In this document: one piece after another, positions 27,463-37,082 of the stretch | How positions within the stretch are numbered: position 1 is the stretch's first letter | Layout of the letters: each line of letters starts with the position of its first letter | The notes under the pieces: generated by a model | Told to the model about the DNA's origin: nothing | Databases searched by the model: none | The model's input: the letters and a program-made list of their open reading frames with translations, nothing else | Made by a program: the position numbers and the translations under genes | Source: Opitutia bacterium | GTDB lineage: Bacteria > Verrucomicrobiota > Verrucomicrobiia > Opitutales > Opitutaceae | Direction: 5' to 3' | Length of the DNA: 64,000 bases | NCBI GenBank assembly: GCA_947478395.1 | Contig: CANJVR010000002.1 | Coordinates: 192,001 to 256,000, forward strand

Positions 27463-28862
27463 AATCGTCCCTCCCGTCCACCGTTCGAGCTGAGGCTTTG
27501 AGCCGCCGTCGTTTTCTGCGCAACGTGGGCATTTGCATGGCCCTGCCGGCGCTGGAATCGTTTCTGCCGCGTCGCGCCGTCGCCGCCACTGCAGGGGAGC
27601 GGCTGGCGGGCATGACCGCGACGGGCGCACCGCTCCGCACCGCGTTCGTGTATTTCCCCAACGGCGCTATCCCTGCGGCCTGGTGGCCGACCGGTTCCGA
27701 CAAGAATTTCGAATTGAATCGCACGCTCCAGCCCCTCGCCAAGGTGAAGGACAAGATTCAGGTGGTCGGCGGCCTGGGTGACCTCTCGGCCGTCGGCGGC
27801 GCGGATGGTGGCGGCGATCATGCGCGCGCCAACGGCACGTTTCTGACGAGCGTGCGCATTGCCAAATCCGGCGGATCCAACTTTCGCGCCGGCGTTTCGG
27901 TTGATCAGCTCATGGCCCAGCAGGTCGGAATGCTCACGCCCTTCCGTTCCCTGGAACTGTCGTGTGACTCCATTCAAAATGCCGGCACCTGCGACACCGG
28001 CTACTCCTGCGTTTATCAGCACAATCTTTCCTGGAGTTCACCGACGCAGCCGATGACGCCCGAGGTCGATCCGCGGCTCCTCTTCGAACGCCTGTTCGGC
28101 GCCGGTGCACCGAGCGAGCGTCAGAAGAATCTCCTCCTGCGCCAGCAGCAGCAGCGCTCCATCATGGATTTCATCCTGGATGACAGCCGGAAGTTGCAGA
28201 CCAAAATTTCCGGGCGTGATCGCAACAAGCTCGATGAGTATTTCACGAGTGTGCGCGATATCGAGGTGCGCATTCAACAGGCGGAGCAGTCCCGCGCCAA
28301 TCGTCCGCAGCCGATGGTCGAAGCACCCGGTGGTATCCCCGCGGGCACCACGGAGTACGTTCGCCTGATGTTCGACATGCTGCACCTCGCGTTCCAGACC
28401 GACAGCACCCGCGTCGCGACTTTCATGGTAGGCAGCGAAGGCAGCGATCGCACTTACCCGGAGCTCAACATTGCCGACGGTCACCACTTCCTCACGCACC
28501 ACAATAACAAGCCCGACTTCGTGGAGAAAGTTACTCAGATCGACGTTTGGTACGCGACGCAACTGGGCTACTTCCTCGAGAAGATGGAGCAGACCAAGGA
28601 TATCGACGGCAAATCGCTGCTCGATAATTCCCAGATCGTTTACGGCAGCGGGAACGCGGACGGCAACCGGCATTCGCACGATAATCTGCCGGTGATCCTA
28701 GCCGGCGGTGGCGGTGGAACATTGAATCCCGGGCGCTACGTTCAGCATTCGGCTGCGCCGATCTCCAATCTTTACCTCAGTATGATGGACCGAATCGGCG
28801 GGGCGCCTGCGCTCATCCCGGAACGCTTCGGTGATTCCACGGGCCGCTTGGTGAATATCTAA
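27459..28862 (+). CDS. DUF1552 (HXXSHH) domain protein, Tat-exported
   Basis: SRRRFLR twin-arginine motif, ALPALES, YFPNG, GDHAR, SVDQ, FERLF, TDSTRV, HHFLTHH, LLDNS, LAGGGGG; ATGA overlap. Confidence 0.92.
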   Translation: MKSSLPSTVRAEALSRRRFLRNVGICMALPALESFLPRRAVAATAGERLAGMTATGAPLRTAFVYFPNGAIPAAWWPTGSDKNFELNRTLQPLAKVKDKIQVVGGLGDLSAVGGADGGGDHARANGTFLTSVRIAKSGGSNFRAGVSVDQLMAQQVGMLTPFRSLELSCDSIQNAGTCDTGYSCVYQHNLSWSSPTQPMTPEVDPRLLFERLFGAGAPSERQKNLLLRQQQQRSIMDFILDDSRKLQTKISGRDRNKLDEYFTSVRDIEVRIQQAEQSRANRPQPMVEAPGGIPAGTTEYVRLMFDMLHLAFQTDSTRVATFMVGSEGSDRTYPELNIADGHHFLTHHNNKPDFVEKVTQIDVWYATQLGYFLEKMEQTKDIDGKSLLDNSQIVYGSGNADGNRHSHDNLPVILAGGGGGTLNPGRYVQHSAAPISNLYLSMMDRIGGAPALIPERFGDSTGRLVNI

Positions 28863-28865
28863 ACT

Positions 28866-28892
28866 ACATTTTCCGGCTAAGCCGGGAAATGT
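28866..28892. terminator. Hairpin after the DUF1552 gene
   Basis: ACATTTTCCGGC-TAA-GCCGGGAAATGT 12-bp stem between convergent genes. Confidence 0.5.
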
Positions 28893-29021
28893 CGACGGTT
28901 GCGCTGGCCCCCGCATGCCGCTGAAAAATTCGGTGGAATTTTTCAGCGTGACCGCGTCCCCCGAATTTTTGTTCGGGCCATGCCGTTGCAGCCGGCCTTT
29001 CGGCTGTACGCTAAGGGAGAA

Positions 29022-29276
29022 CTATTGCTTCGTTGCCAGAAGAGCCGCCAATGCGGGTTCGTCGACTTCGCCCTGCACGGCATGCAGGTGATGGAGTACG
29101 CCCATGCGGTCGTCCGCACTCGCGGTTGAAATATCGAGCATCCAGTCCTCGGTTTTCGGTGCAGCCACGATCACTTCATCGGCCCAGGCAATCACCTCAG
29201 CGGCAGTGACGAAACCTGCGGTCAGGCCCCGGATATAAAATTCGGCAACGGTACGGAGATTAGGCGGAATGGACAT
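29022..29276 (-). CDS. Hypothetical protein (84 aa)
   Basis: ATG start, acidic helical composition (EVIAWADEVI...WMLDIS), fills a gap. Confidence 0.7.
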   Translation of the reverse strand: MSIPPNLRTVAEFYIRGLTAGFVTAAEVIAWADEVIVAAPKTEDWMLDISTASADDRMGVLHHLHAVQGEVDEPALAALLATKQ

Positions 29277-29362
29277 GGAAGGGGATGAAATAGAATTGAT
29301 GAGCGAGTTCGAGAAGGGCGATCACCGTGAACGCACCACCCGCCGAGCGGCCAGCGCAATCG

Positions 29363-30148
29363 TCACGGCTTGCGCACGCGAATGTGTAGAAAGTAAGCAA
29401 CGACGCGGGCATCTTGGAGGGTCGGATGACGGCGCACCGTTTCCTCGGAAGGGCAGGGTTCCGCGAATTGTTCCAGCGTGAATCCCGCCGCGATCAAAAG
29501 ATTCAGCCATTCGCTTAGTGGACGGTGAAAGCGTGGGACTTTGAATTTCGGCCAGCGCTCGCGTCCGCCCTGTGCGGCCGTGCCAAAAATCCATTCGTCG
29601 ATCCGCCCGCGCGCATCGACAAAATAATCGCCCACTTCGACGGCGTAAGTGATCTTCTCTTCATCGCGGCAGTTGCGCCGGTGCGGGGGATTGAAACACG
29701 GATGTAGAATCGAGAACTGCAAAAATCCGCCGGGCTTGAGCACGCGCCTCGCCTCGGCCAGCACCCGCTCGGTTTCGGGAATGTCCATCAGGCTCATGAA
29801 GGCCGTGGCAAAATCGAACGTGCCGTCGGCGAATGGGAGTTCGACGGCGCTCGCTTCCTGATAAACGATCCCGAGCGGCGCGCGCTTTTCCTCGGACTGG
29901 GCGTGCTGGATAAACACGGCCGCGATATCGATCGCCGTCATGGCCGCGCCGCGCTGGGCGAGTAGCCGGGTATTATGGCCCTCGCCACAGCCCAGATCGA
30001 GGCCCGTGAGTCCGCTCACCGGCGGCAGCAGTTCGAAAAACGCCGGCGTGTTGAGATGATCGCGGTAAAGATCGTGGCCCGCTCGGGCGAGCTTCGTCCA
30101 GGCTTCGGCGTTGGCGTTCCAGTATTCTCCCGCGGTCAGATGATTCAT
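29363..30148 (-). CDS. Class I SAM-dependent methyltransferase
   Basis: LDLGCGEG, LPFADGTFD, RVLKPGG, HPCF. Confidence 0.94.
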   Translation of the reverse strand: MNHLTAGEYWNANAEAWTKLARAGHDLYRDHLNTPAFFELLPPVSGLTGLDLGCGEGHNTRLLAQRGAAMTAIDIAAVFIQHAQSEEKRAPLGIVYQEASAVELPFADGTFDFATAFMSLMDIPETERVLAEARRVLKPGGFLQFSILHPCFNPPHRRNCRDEEKITYAVEVGDYFVDARGRIDEWIFGTAAQGGRERWPKFKVPRFHRPLSEWLNLLIAAGFTLEQFAEPCPSEETVRRHPTLQDARVVAYFLHIRVRKP

Positions 30149-30177
30149 GTCGTGGCGGAATGCGCGGCCCGCGTGCG

Positions 30178-30309
30178 TTACGGCTTCTTGCGCTTCTTGG
30201 CCGGCGGCGTGCCGGCAGTCTTGATGAATTTCGACTGCGGTTGCTGCGCCTGTTGAAAGCGTTGGCTCGCCTTGCGGTCTTTGCTCGTTGGAAGGTATTT
30301 AGCACCCAT
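30178..30309 (-). CDS. Small basic protein (43 aa)
   Basis: MGAKYLPTSKDRKASQRFQQAQQPQSKFIKTAGTPPAKKRKKP; its Lys/Gln richness contrasts with high-GC shadow frames. Confidence 0.5.
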   Translation of the reverse strand: MGAKYLPTSKDRKASQRFQQAQQPQSKFIKTAGTPPAKKRKKP

Positions 30310-30441
30310 GCCGCAAGGCCGCCGATTGTGCGGGAGCGCGGCAATCAGATTCGCACGGCCCGGCGCGGACGCAGGCCGGAGTGGATTTAATTCCGTTGGT
30401 GGGTATATCCTCGGCTCCGCGCGGCTCCGCGCCTTCAACTT

Positions 30442-31497
30442 ATGATTCAAATCGGCGTGGATACTTTTGTGGCAACGGCGAAAGCAGGCCCGGTGGGGGA
30501 CGTTGAACGCGTGCGTGAATTGCTGGAGCAGATCGAACTCGCCGACCAAGTCGGCCTCGATGTGTTCGGCGTGGGCGAACATCATCGCGCGGACTACGTT
30601 TCCTCCGCGCCCGCCGTGCTGCTCGCCGCCGCCGCCGCGCGCACGAAACGCATCCGGCTCGCGAGCGCGGTGACCGTCCTGAGTTCGGACGACCCGGTGC
30701 GCGTTTTTCAACAATTCGCCACGGTCGACCTGATTTCGCGGGGGCGCGCGGAAATGATCGTCGGCCGCGGCTCGTTCATCGAATCCTACCCGCTCTTTGG
30801 CTTTGATCTTTCGGACTACGATGAATTGGCCACGGAGAAACTCGAACTCCTGCTGAAAATCCGCGAGCAGACGAACGTCCACTGGTCGGGCCAGCACCGG
30901 GCTGCGCTCACGGGTCAGGGCGTGTACCCGCGGCCGTTCCAACAGCCGCTGCCCATCTACATTGGCGTGGGCGGAACGCCGCAATCAGCGGTGCGGGCCG
31001 GACAACTCGGTTTGCCGTTGATCGTGGCTATCATCGGCGGACAGCCGCGGCAGTTTCGACCGCTCATCGAGCTTTACCGCGAAGCGGGCCACCGCGCCGG
31101 CCATGCGCCGGAGAAACTCACGGTCGGCATTCACTCCATCGGATTTCTCGCGGACAGCACACGCCAGGCAGCCGATGAATTTTGGCCGGCCTACCGCGAT
31201 GCCTTTGGGCGGATCGGGCGCGAACGCGGATGGCCTGCGCCCACGCGCCCGCAATTCGACGCGCAATGCAGCCCGGAGGGTGCGCTGATGGTCGGTGATG
31301 CGCCGGCCGTCGCGGCCAAAATCATCGCCGAGTATCGGGCGTTCGGAGGAATTTCCCGGATGAGCATTCTTCTCGATAATCGCCTGCTGTCGCATCACCA
31401 GATCATGCACGCGATCGAAATTCTGGGTGCGCAGGTCGCGCCGCTGGTTAAAAAACAGCTCGGCGATTCGCCAACACTTTCAACGGGTGGCGCGTAG
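30442..31497 (+). CDS. LLM-class flavin-dependent oxidoreductase
   Basis: FGVGEHHR, TKRIRLASAVTVLSSDDPVR, GRGSFIES, VGGTPQS. Confidence 0.95.
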   Translation: MIQIGVDTFVATAKAGPVGDVERVRELLEQIELADQVGLDVFGVGEHHRADYVSSAPAVLLAAAAARTKRIRLASAVTVLSSDDPVRVFQQFATVDLISRGRAEMIVGRGSFIESYPLFGFDLSDYDELATEKLELLLKIREQTNVHWSGQHRAALTGQGVYPRPFQQPLPIYIGVGGTPQSAVRAGQLGLPLIVAIIGGQPRQFRPLIELYREAGHRAGHAPEKLTVGIHSIGFLADSTRQAADEFWPAYRDAFGRIGRERGWPAPTRPQFDAQCSPEGALMVGDAPAVAAKIIAEYRAFGGISRMSILLDNRLLSHHQIMHAIEILGAQVAPLVKKQLGDSPTLSTGGA

Positions 31498-31689
31498 CGA
31501 CGGAGGGGGGCAGCTCTTTCACCACCGCAATAATCCCGTCTTCGGTCGACCGCTCTCAAAACCGACTTGCTCGTGCCCGGGCGGCGAGACAACTTCGCCT
31601 CCCCTGCAAATAGAACGCAACGATGCGCCGTCGGCGCCTTCGTGTTTCAATTTGCGCTCTGGTCCGCTTGGAAACCCCTCGGTGAGAAT

Positions 31690-33231
31690 ATGAAAAACTC
31701 CCTGCCTGTGCTGTCGCTTGTATCCGCTCTCTTGGTTGTTGCCCATACGGGCCTTGCCAAACCCGTCGGTGAATTTGAGGAGCAGGGTGACGTCGGCGCG
31801 CCGAAGCTCGCCGGCTCGGCCAGCTACGACGAGGCCCGGCAGGAATACACGTTCAAGGCGGCGGGCGCCAACATGTGGGCGGCGCGGGACGAATTTCAGT
31901 TCGCCTGGAAAAAGACCAACGGCGATTTCATCGTGCGCACGCGCGTGGAATTCGTCGGCCCGGGCGTCGATCCCCACCGCAAAGCCGGCTGGATTGCCCG
32001 CACGAGCCTCGAGGCCGACGCGACCTATATCGACGGTGCGAGGCACGCCGGTGACGGCCTGACTTCGCTGCAATTCCGTCGGACGAAAGGCGGGGCGACC
32101 GAGGAGATCCGGTTGCCGATCAAGTGGGCGGATGTTCTGCAGCTTGAGCGGCGCGGCAAAACCTGCATTTTTTCCGCCGCGATTTACGGTGAGCCTTTCG
32201 TCAGCGCGCAGATCGCTGACCTCGATCTCGGAGCGGAACCGCTCGTCGGACTTTTCCTTTCGTCGCATAACGCGGACGTGCGGGAGACGGCGGTATTTCG
32301 CGACGTGCGTTTCACGAAGCCGGTGAAAATGGGTTTCACGCCCTACAAGGATTACATTGGCAGCAAGCTTGAGATTCTCGACGTGCACTCCGGAAAACTT
32401 GAGACGATCTATCAGTCGAAAGAGCCCTTCGAGGCGCCGAATTGGACGACGGACGGACGCAGCTTGATCTACAATGTCAGCGGCGCCGGTCCGAACAAGG
32501 GGCGCTTGAGCCGCTTCGATCTTGCGACGCGCACGCCGCAGCCGCTCGACACCGGCGACGTCAACCGGAGCAACAACGATCACGTTTTGTCGTTCGATGG
32601 GAAAATGCTCGGCATCAGCAGCTCCGGGCCGGGCACGTTCCGCTCGCGGGTCTGGGTGTTGCCCTCAACCGGCGGCGCGCCGAAATTGATCACGCCGCTT
32701 GCGCCGTCGTATCTCCACGGCTGGTCGCCCGACGGCAAATTTCTGGTCTACACCGGCGGCCGCAAGGACCCGTCGAATCCCACCGGTCCCGACAAACTCG
32801 ACATCTACAAAGTCGCGGTTGATGGCGGTGAAGAAGTGCGCCTGACGACCTCGAAAGGCATGGCCGACGGTTCTGAATATGCTCCCGACGGAAAATGGAT
32901 TTACTACAACTCGACCGACACGGGACTGATGCAACTCCGGCGGATGCGGCCCGACGGCAGCGGCCAAGAGGCGGTGACGAATGATGAGTTCAATAACTGG
33001 TTCTCGCACATTTCGCCCGACGGGAAATGGATCGCGATGATCTCCTATGCGCCCGACGCCGATCCGTCGGATCATCCGTACTACAAGCACTGCTATCTCC
33101 GTCTGATGTCGACCCAGGGCGGACCGATTAAAGTCATCGCTTATCTCTACGGCGGACAAGGCACGATCAACGTGCCCTCGTGGTCGCCCGACAGCCGGAA
33201 GATCGCATTCGTCAGCAACGCGGATTTTTAG
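31690..33231 (+). CDS. Exported TolB-like beta-propeller protein with N-terminal beta-sandwich-like domain
   Basis: Signal peptide; FEAPNW, NNDH, YLHGWSPDG, SPDGKW, GGQGTINVPSWSPD PD40-like repeats. Confidence 0.88.
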   Translation: MKNSLPVLSLVSALLVVAHTGLAKPVGEFEEQGDVGAPKLAGSASYDEARQEYTFKAAGANMWAARDEFQFAWKKTNGDFIVRTRVEFVGPGVDPHRKAGWIARTSLEADATYIDGARHAGDGLTSLQFRRTKGGATEEIRLPIKWADVLQLERRGKTCIFSAAIYGEPFVSAQIADLDLGAEPLVGLFLSSHNADVRETAVFRDVRFTKPVKMGFTPYKDYIGSKLEILDVHSGKLETIYQSKEPFEAPNWTTDGRSLIYNVSGAGPNKGRLSRFDLATRTPQPLDTGDVNRSNNDHVLSFDGKMLGISSSGPGTFRSRVWVLPSTGGAPKLITPLAPSYLHGWSPDGKFLVYTGGRKDPSNPTGPDKLDIYKVAVDGGEEVRLTTSKGMADGSEYAPDGKWIYYNSTDTGLMQLRRMRPDGSGQEAVTNDEFNNWFSHISPDGKWIAMISYAPDADPSDHPYYKHCYLRLMSTQGGPIKVIAYLYGGQGTINVPSWSPDSRKIAFVSNADF

Positions 33232-33349
33232 GCACGATCCATTTTGATCGTTTTTGGTGAATGGCGCCCACCCGTGCCGGCCGAAAATGGGAGGCGCCGC
33301 CGCTTGGGCCCGAGTGCTCGATCGGGGGTGAAACCCTCGAAAAATAAAC

Positions 33350-33441
33350 TGGCGGAGAGACGGGGATTCGAACCCCGGATACGCTTTTACACGTATAACG
33401 CTTTAGCAAAGCGCCGCTATCGACCACTCAGCCATCTCTCC
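33350..33441 (-). tRNA. tRNA-Ser(GCT)
   Basis: Reverse strand GGAGAGATGGCTGAGTGG...GCGCT-TTGCTAA-AGCGT, long variable arm, GGTTCGAATCC, ends TCTCTCCGCCA. Confidence 0.97.
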
Positions 33442-33692
33442 GAACAGTCTGTTTAGCGAATGAAGCGCCGGACCGAAGCGCAAGGGCGTTTTTGCCAGCG
33501 GCGGTTTTTGTGCCATTCGCGACGGCGTCGGATCACGAACCCTGATGTCGATATTCGCCTCTTCCTGACCGACTTCGCAGCTTTGCGCTGAGGGTCTGAG
33601 TCGGCGTCCAAAATTTTCGAGGCAACGGCGCCGCCGGCCCGAAATTTAGTATGGCCACCGGCTCGGCGCTTCTGCGACGGTGACCGGTGATT

Positions 33693-34181
33693 ATGAACCC
33701 TGTCCTCAAGCTGCTCCTCGAAGGCGGCAGTCTCACGTCCGCGCAAATCGCGCAGGTCGCGGGGCTGTCCGTACGCGAAGTCGAACAGCATCTGGAACAG
33801 TTGAAGAAGGATAAAATCCTTCTCGGCTGGCGTCCGGTGCTCGATCTTTCTCGTGAAGCCGCCGCCGCCGCCGATGTCCGCGCGGTCATCGAGGTCAAAA
33901 TCACGCCTGAGCGCGGAGGCGGTTTCAACCGCCTCGCGGAACGTCTCGCGCGTTTTGACGAGGTCGAGTCGTGTTACCTCATGTCGGGCGGCTACGATCT
34001 GCTCGTTTTCGTGAAAGGCGGGTCGCTGCAAAAAGTCGCCGGCTTTGTCTCGGAAAAGCTTTCGACGATCGAGGGCGTGCTATCGACGTCCACGCATTTC
34101 ATGCTCCGCTGTTACAAAGACCAGGGCTTCCTGCTCGATGTCGGCGAGGCGCCCAGCACGCGGCTCAACGTCGCTCCCTAA
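33693..34181 (+). CDS. Lrp/AsnC family transcriptional regulator
   Basis: N-terminal HTH, IEVKITP, YLMSGGYDL, GVLSTSTHF. Confidence 0.93.
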   Translation: MNPVLKLLLEGGSLTSAQIAQVAGLSVREVEQHLEQLKKDKILLGWRPVLDLSREAAAAADVRAVIEVKITPERGGGFNRLAERLARFDEVESCYLMSGGYDLLVFVKGGSLQKVAGFVSEKLSTIEGVLSTSTHFMLRCYKDQGFLLDVGEAPSTRLNVAP

Positions 34182-34199
34182 GCCGGAGGCCAGTCCATC

Positions 34200-35384
34200 A
34201 TGAGCACTGATCCCAAACGCTGGGTGGCGGGCCACGTGGCCGCTTTGCCCAAGAGCGGCATCCGCGATTTTTTCGAACTCGTGGCCAAGATGAAGGGCCA
34301 AGACGTGATCTCCCTCGGCGTCGGCGAGCCCGACTTCGTCACGCCGTGGCATATCCGCGAGGCCGCGATCTTCGCCCTCGAACGTGGCAAAACCTATTAT
34401 ACGTCTAACCTCGGTCTGATCGAGTTGCGGCGCGCGATTTCGGTCTACGTTGAGCACCACTTCGGTGTGAGCTACCGGCCGGACGATCAGGTGATCGTCA
34501 CGGTCGGCGTGAGCGAGGCGCTGGATCTCGCCCTGCGCGCGTTCTGTAATCCCGGCGACAAGGTGATGTTTCACCAGCCGTGCTATGTTTCCTATTCACC
34601 CAGCGTGGCGCTGGTGCACGCGCAGGGCATCGCCGTGCCGACGTTTGCGAAGGATAACTTCGCGCTCACCGCGGAGGCCTTGCGCGCCGCGTGGCAGCCG
34701 GGCTGCAAGCTGCTCATGCTTAACCTGCCGTGCAATCCTACGGGCGGCACCTGCGATCGTACTCAACTCGAGGCCATCGCGGCGTTTTGCCGGGAGAAGG
34801 ACCTGCTCGTGTTGAGCGATGAGATCTATTCGGAGCTCACGTTCGAGGGCACGCACACCAGCATCGCGAGCCTGCCGGGGATGGCTGAGCGCACGATTTT
34901 TCTGCACGGTTTTTCCAAGGCGTTTGCCATGACCGGTTGGCGTCTCGGCTACGCCTGTGGTCCGGCCTCGCTCATCGATGCAATGATGAAAGTCCACCAG
35001 TACACGATGCTGTGCGCTTCGATCATTGCCCAAGAAGCGGCGCTCGAGGCGTTGCAACGCGGCTGGGACAGCGTGCTGAAAATGCGCGAGCAGTATCACC
35101 GGCGTCGCGATCTCGTGGTGCGTCGCTTCAACGAGATCGGTCTGAAGTGCCACTCGCCGCGCGGAAGCTTCTACGCTTTTCCCAGCATCATATCGACCGG
35201 CCTGAACGAGAAGGAATTCGCGACCGGCTTGCTCACCGAGCAAAAAGTCGCGGTCGTCCCCGGCAGCGCTTTCGGCGAAAACGGGATCGGTCACGTCCGG
35301 GCCTGTTTCGCGACCGGCTACGACCAACTCATCGTCGCCTGCGATCGCATCGAGCGGTTTGTGCAGGGCGGGAGGAAATCGTAG
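34200..35384 (+). CDS. PLP-dependent aminotransferase class I/II
   Basis: SLGVGEPDF, PCNPTG, SDEIY, GFSKAFAMTGWRLG, VVPGSAFG. Confidence 0.96.
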   Translation: MSTDPKRWVAGHVAALPKSGIRDFFELVAKMKGQDVISLGVGEPDFVTPWHIREAAIFALERGKTYYTSNLGLIELRRAISVYVEHHFGVSYRPDDQVIVTVGVSEALDLALRAFCNPGDKVMFHQPCYVSYSPSVALVHAQGIAVPTFAKDNFALTAEALRAAWQPGCKLLMLNLPCNPTGGTCDRTQLEAIAAFCREKDLLVLSDEIYSELTFEGTHTSIASLPGMAERTIFLHGFSKAFAMTGWRLGYACGPASLIDAMMKVHQYTMLCASIIAQEAALEALQRGWDSVLKMREQYHRRRDLVVRRFNEIGLKCHSPRGSFYAFPSIISTGLNEKEFATGLLTEQKVAVVPGSAFGENGIGHVRACFATGYDQLIVACDRIERFVQGGRKS

Positions 35385-35557
35385 AGCGACGGCGCGCGAA
35401 ACATCCCGCTTTGCGGGCACCCCTCGCTAGAAAGGGGAATCACACCTTCGTGAGCGTAAACCAAGGGCTGGCTCCCGTTCTTGAGAGCAGTTCCCGCGGG
35501 GCCGGGCGTTTCTTGACCACCGGGTCGCGCGCCGCGCTTCGGCCGCTCCAAGTTTTC

Positions 35558-35588
35558 CTACTCGCTACTCGCTACCCGCTACCCACTA
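35558..35588. repeat. 7-nt tandem repeat (about 4 units)
   Basis: CTA CTCGCTA CTCGCTA CCCGCTA CCCACTA just upstream of der. Confidence 0.7.
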
Positions 35589-35600
35589 ATTCCCCGTCCT

Positions 35601-37082
35601 ATGTCCCGTACCGTCGCTATCGTCGGCCGACCCAATGTCGGCAAAAGCCGCCTCTTTAACCGGCTGGCGCGGAAACGCATTTCCATCGTCCACGATCAGC
35701 CTGGGGTGACGCGCGACGTCATTTCGACCGAGATCGCCGAAGGCGAATTCACGTTGCTCGATACCGGTGGCCTCGGGCTGGTGGGTGACGATCGCACCAC
35801 GGATATCATCAAGGCCGCCGAGCGGCAGGTTGATTTCGCCATCGCCTCCGCCGATCTCATTCTCTTCGTGGTCGACGGGCTCGAGGGCGTAATCGGTCTC
35901 GACGAACGCATCGCGCAGAAGCTGCGCAAATCCAAGAGGAACGTGCTGCTCGTCGTGAACAAAGCCGACTTTAACGACGACAAGGTCCAGCTCTCCGATG
36001 CCTATCGTCTCGGCCTCGGCGAACCCGCGCGCGTCTCCGCCGAACACGGCACGGGCGAAACCGAGCTGCGCGCCCTTATTCTCGCCCGCCTGGGCGGGCC
36101 GCTCGCCTCGGATGTGGCCGCGCCTAAAACCGCCGCCGATCCGCTCTGCGTGTGTTTCATCGGCCGCCCGAATGTCGGCAAATCTTCACTCAGTAACAAT
36201 CTCCTCAAAAGCGACCGCCTCGTGGTCAGCCCCTTTGCGGGCACGACGCGCGATTCGGTTGAATTACCGTTCGAGTTCAAGGGCCGCGACGGCGAGATGT
36301 ATCCCTTCAAGCTCATCGACACAGCCGGCATCAAGGCGGCCACCAAGCTGGCGTCGCCCGTGGAATATTTTTCCCGCCTGCGTTCCCTTGATGCGATTCA
36401 GCGCGCCGACGTGGTTTTCCTCGTGGTTGACGCCCTCGAGGGCGTCACGCAGCAGGACAAGGCCATCGCCGGCGAGGCGATCAAGGAGAAGAAGCCCATC
36501 GTGATCGTGGTCAATAAATGGGATCTCGTGCAGGACATGTTCAAGGGAGGAAACCTAAAGCTTACCGGCTATAAAAACGCGCGCGATTACCGCGATAAAT
36601 ATGAGAAGGCTCTGTTTGACCGCCTGTTCTTCACGCCGGGCGCGCCGCTCATTTTCGTTTCGGCGATGAGCGGCTATGAAGTTGACCGCATGTTGAACGC
36701 CGCCGTGAAGCTGCACCGCACGCTCGATAAGAAATTGCCGACCGCAAAACTGAACCAGCGGCTCGAATACCTCGCGGACCGTACGCCGCCGCCCGCGATT
36801 GGCGGGAAACGCTTCCGCATTTACTACGCAACGCAGACGGGTACGCGGCCTTTCCGCATTAAAATTTTTTGCAACCGCGAGGAGAAACTCACCGAGCAAT
36901 ATCGCCGCTACCTCGAAGCCGGTTTGGTCGAGGAGTTCGATCTTGCGGGTTGCCCGATTTATTTCGATCTCGTCGGCAAGGAAGCGCGCGAGCCCGAGGC
37001 GTTCAGCAACAGTTCCTATCCCACGACCAAGGCGCAGCACAAAGCCCGACCCGTTCTTAAACGTGAAACGCTCGAAGACTGA
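35601..37082 (+). CDS. der: Ribosome biogenesis GTPase Der
   Basis: Two GRPNVGKS P-loops, DTGG and DTAG, NKAD and NKWD. Confidence 0.98.
   Translation: MSRTVAIVGRPNVGKSRLFNRLARKRISIVHDQPGVTRDVISTEIAEGEFTLLDTGGLGLVGDDRTTDIIKAAERQVDFAIASADLILFVVDGLEGVIGLDERIAQKLRKSKRNVLLVVNKADFNDDKVQLSDAYRLGLGEPARVSAEHGTGETELRALILARLGGPLASDVAAPKTAADPLCVCFIGRPNVGKSSLSNNLLKSDRLVVSPFAGTTRDSVELPFEFKGRDGEMYPFKLIDTAGIKAATKLASPVEYFSRLRSLDAIQRADVVFLVVDALEGVTQQDKAIAGEAIKEKKPIVIVVNKWDLVQDMFKGGNLKLTGYKNARDYRDKYEKALFDRLFFTPGAPLIFVSAMSGYEVDRMLNAAVKLHRTLDKKLPTAKLNQRLEYLADRTPPPAIGGKRFRIYYATQTGTRPFRIKIFCNREEKLTEQYRRYLEAGLVEEFDLAGCPIYFDLVGKEAREPEAFSNSSYPTTKAQHKARPVLKRETLED

Noticed and set aside
33232..33349. tRNA-Ser 3' end as an island integration site
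   Set aside because: No integrase, no duplicated tRNA 3' end and no evident composition shift.
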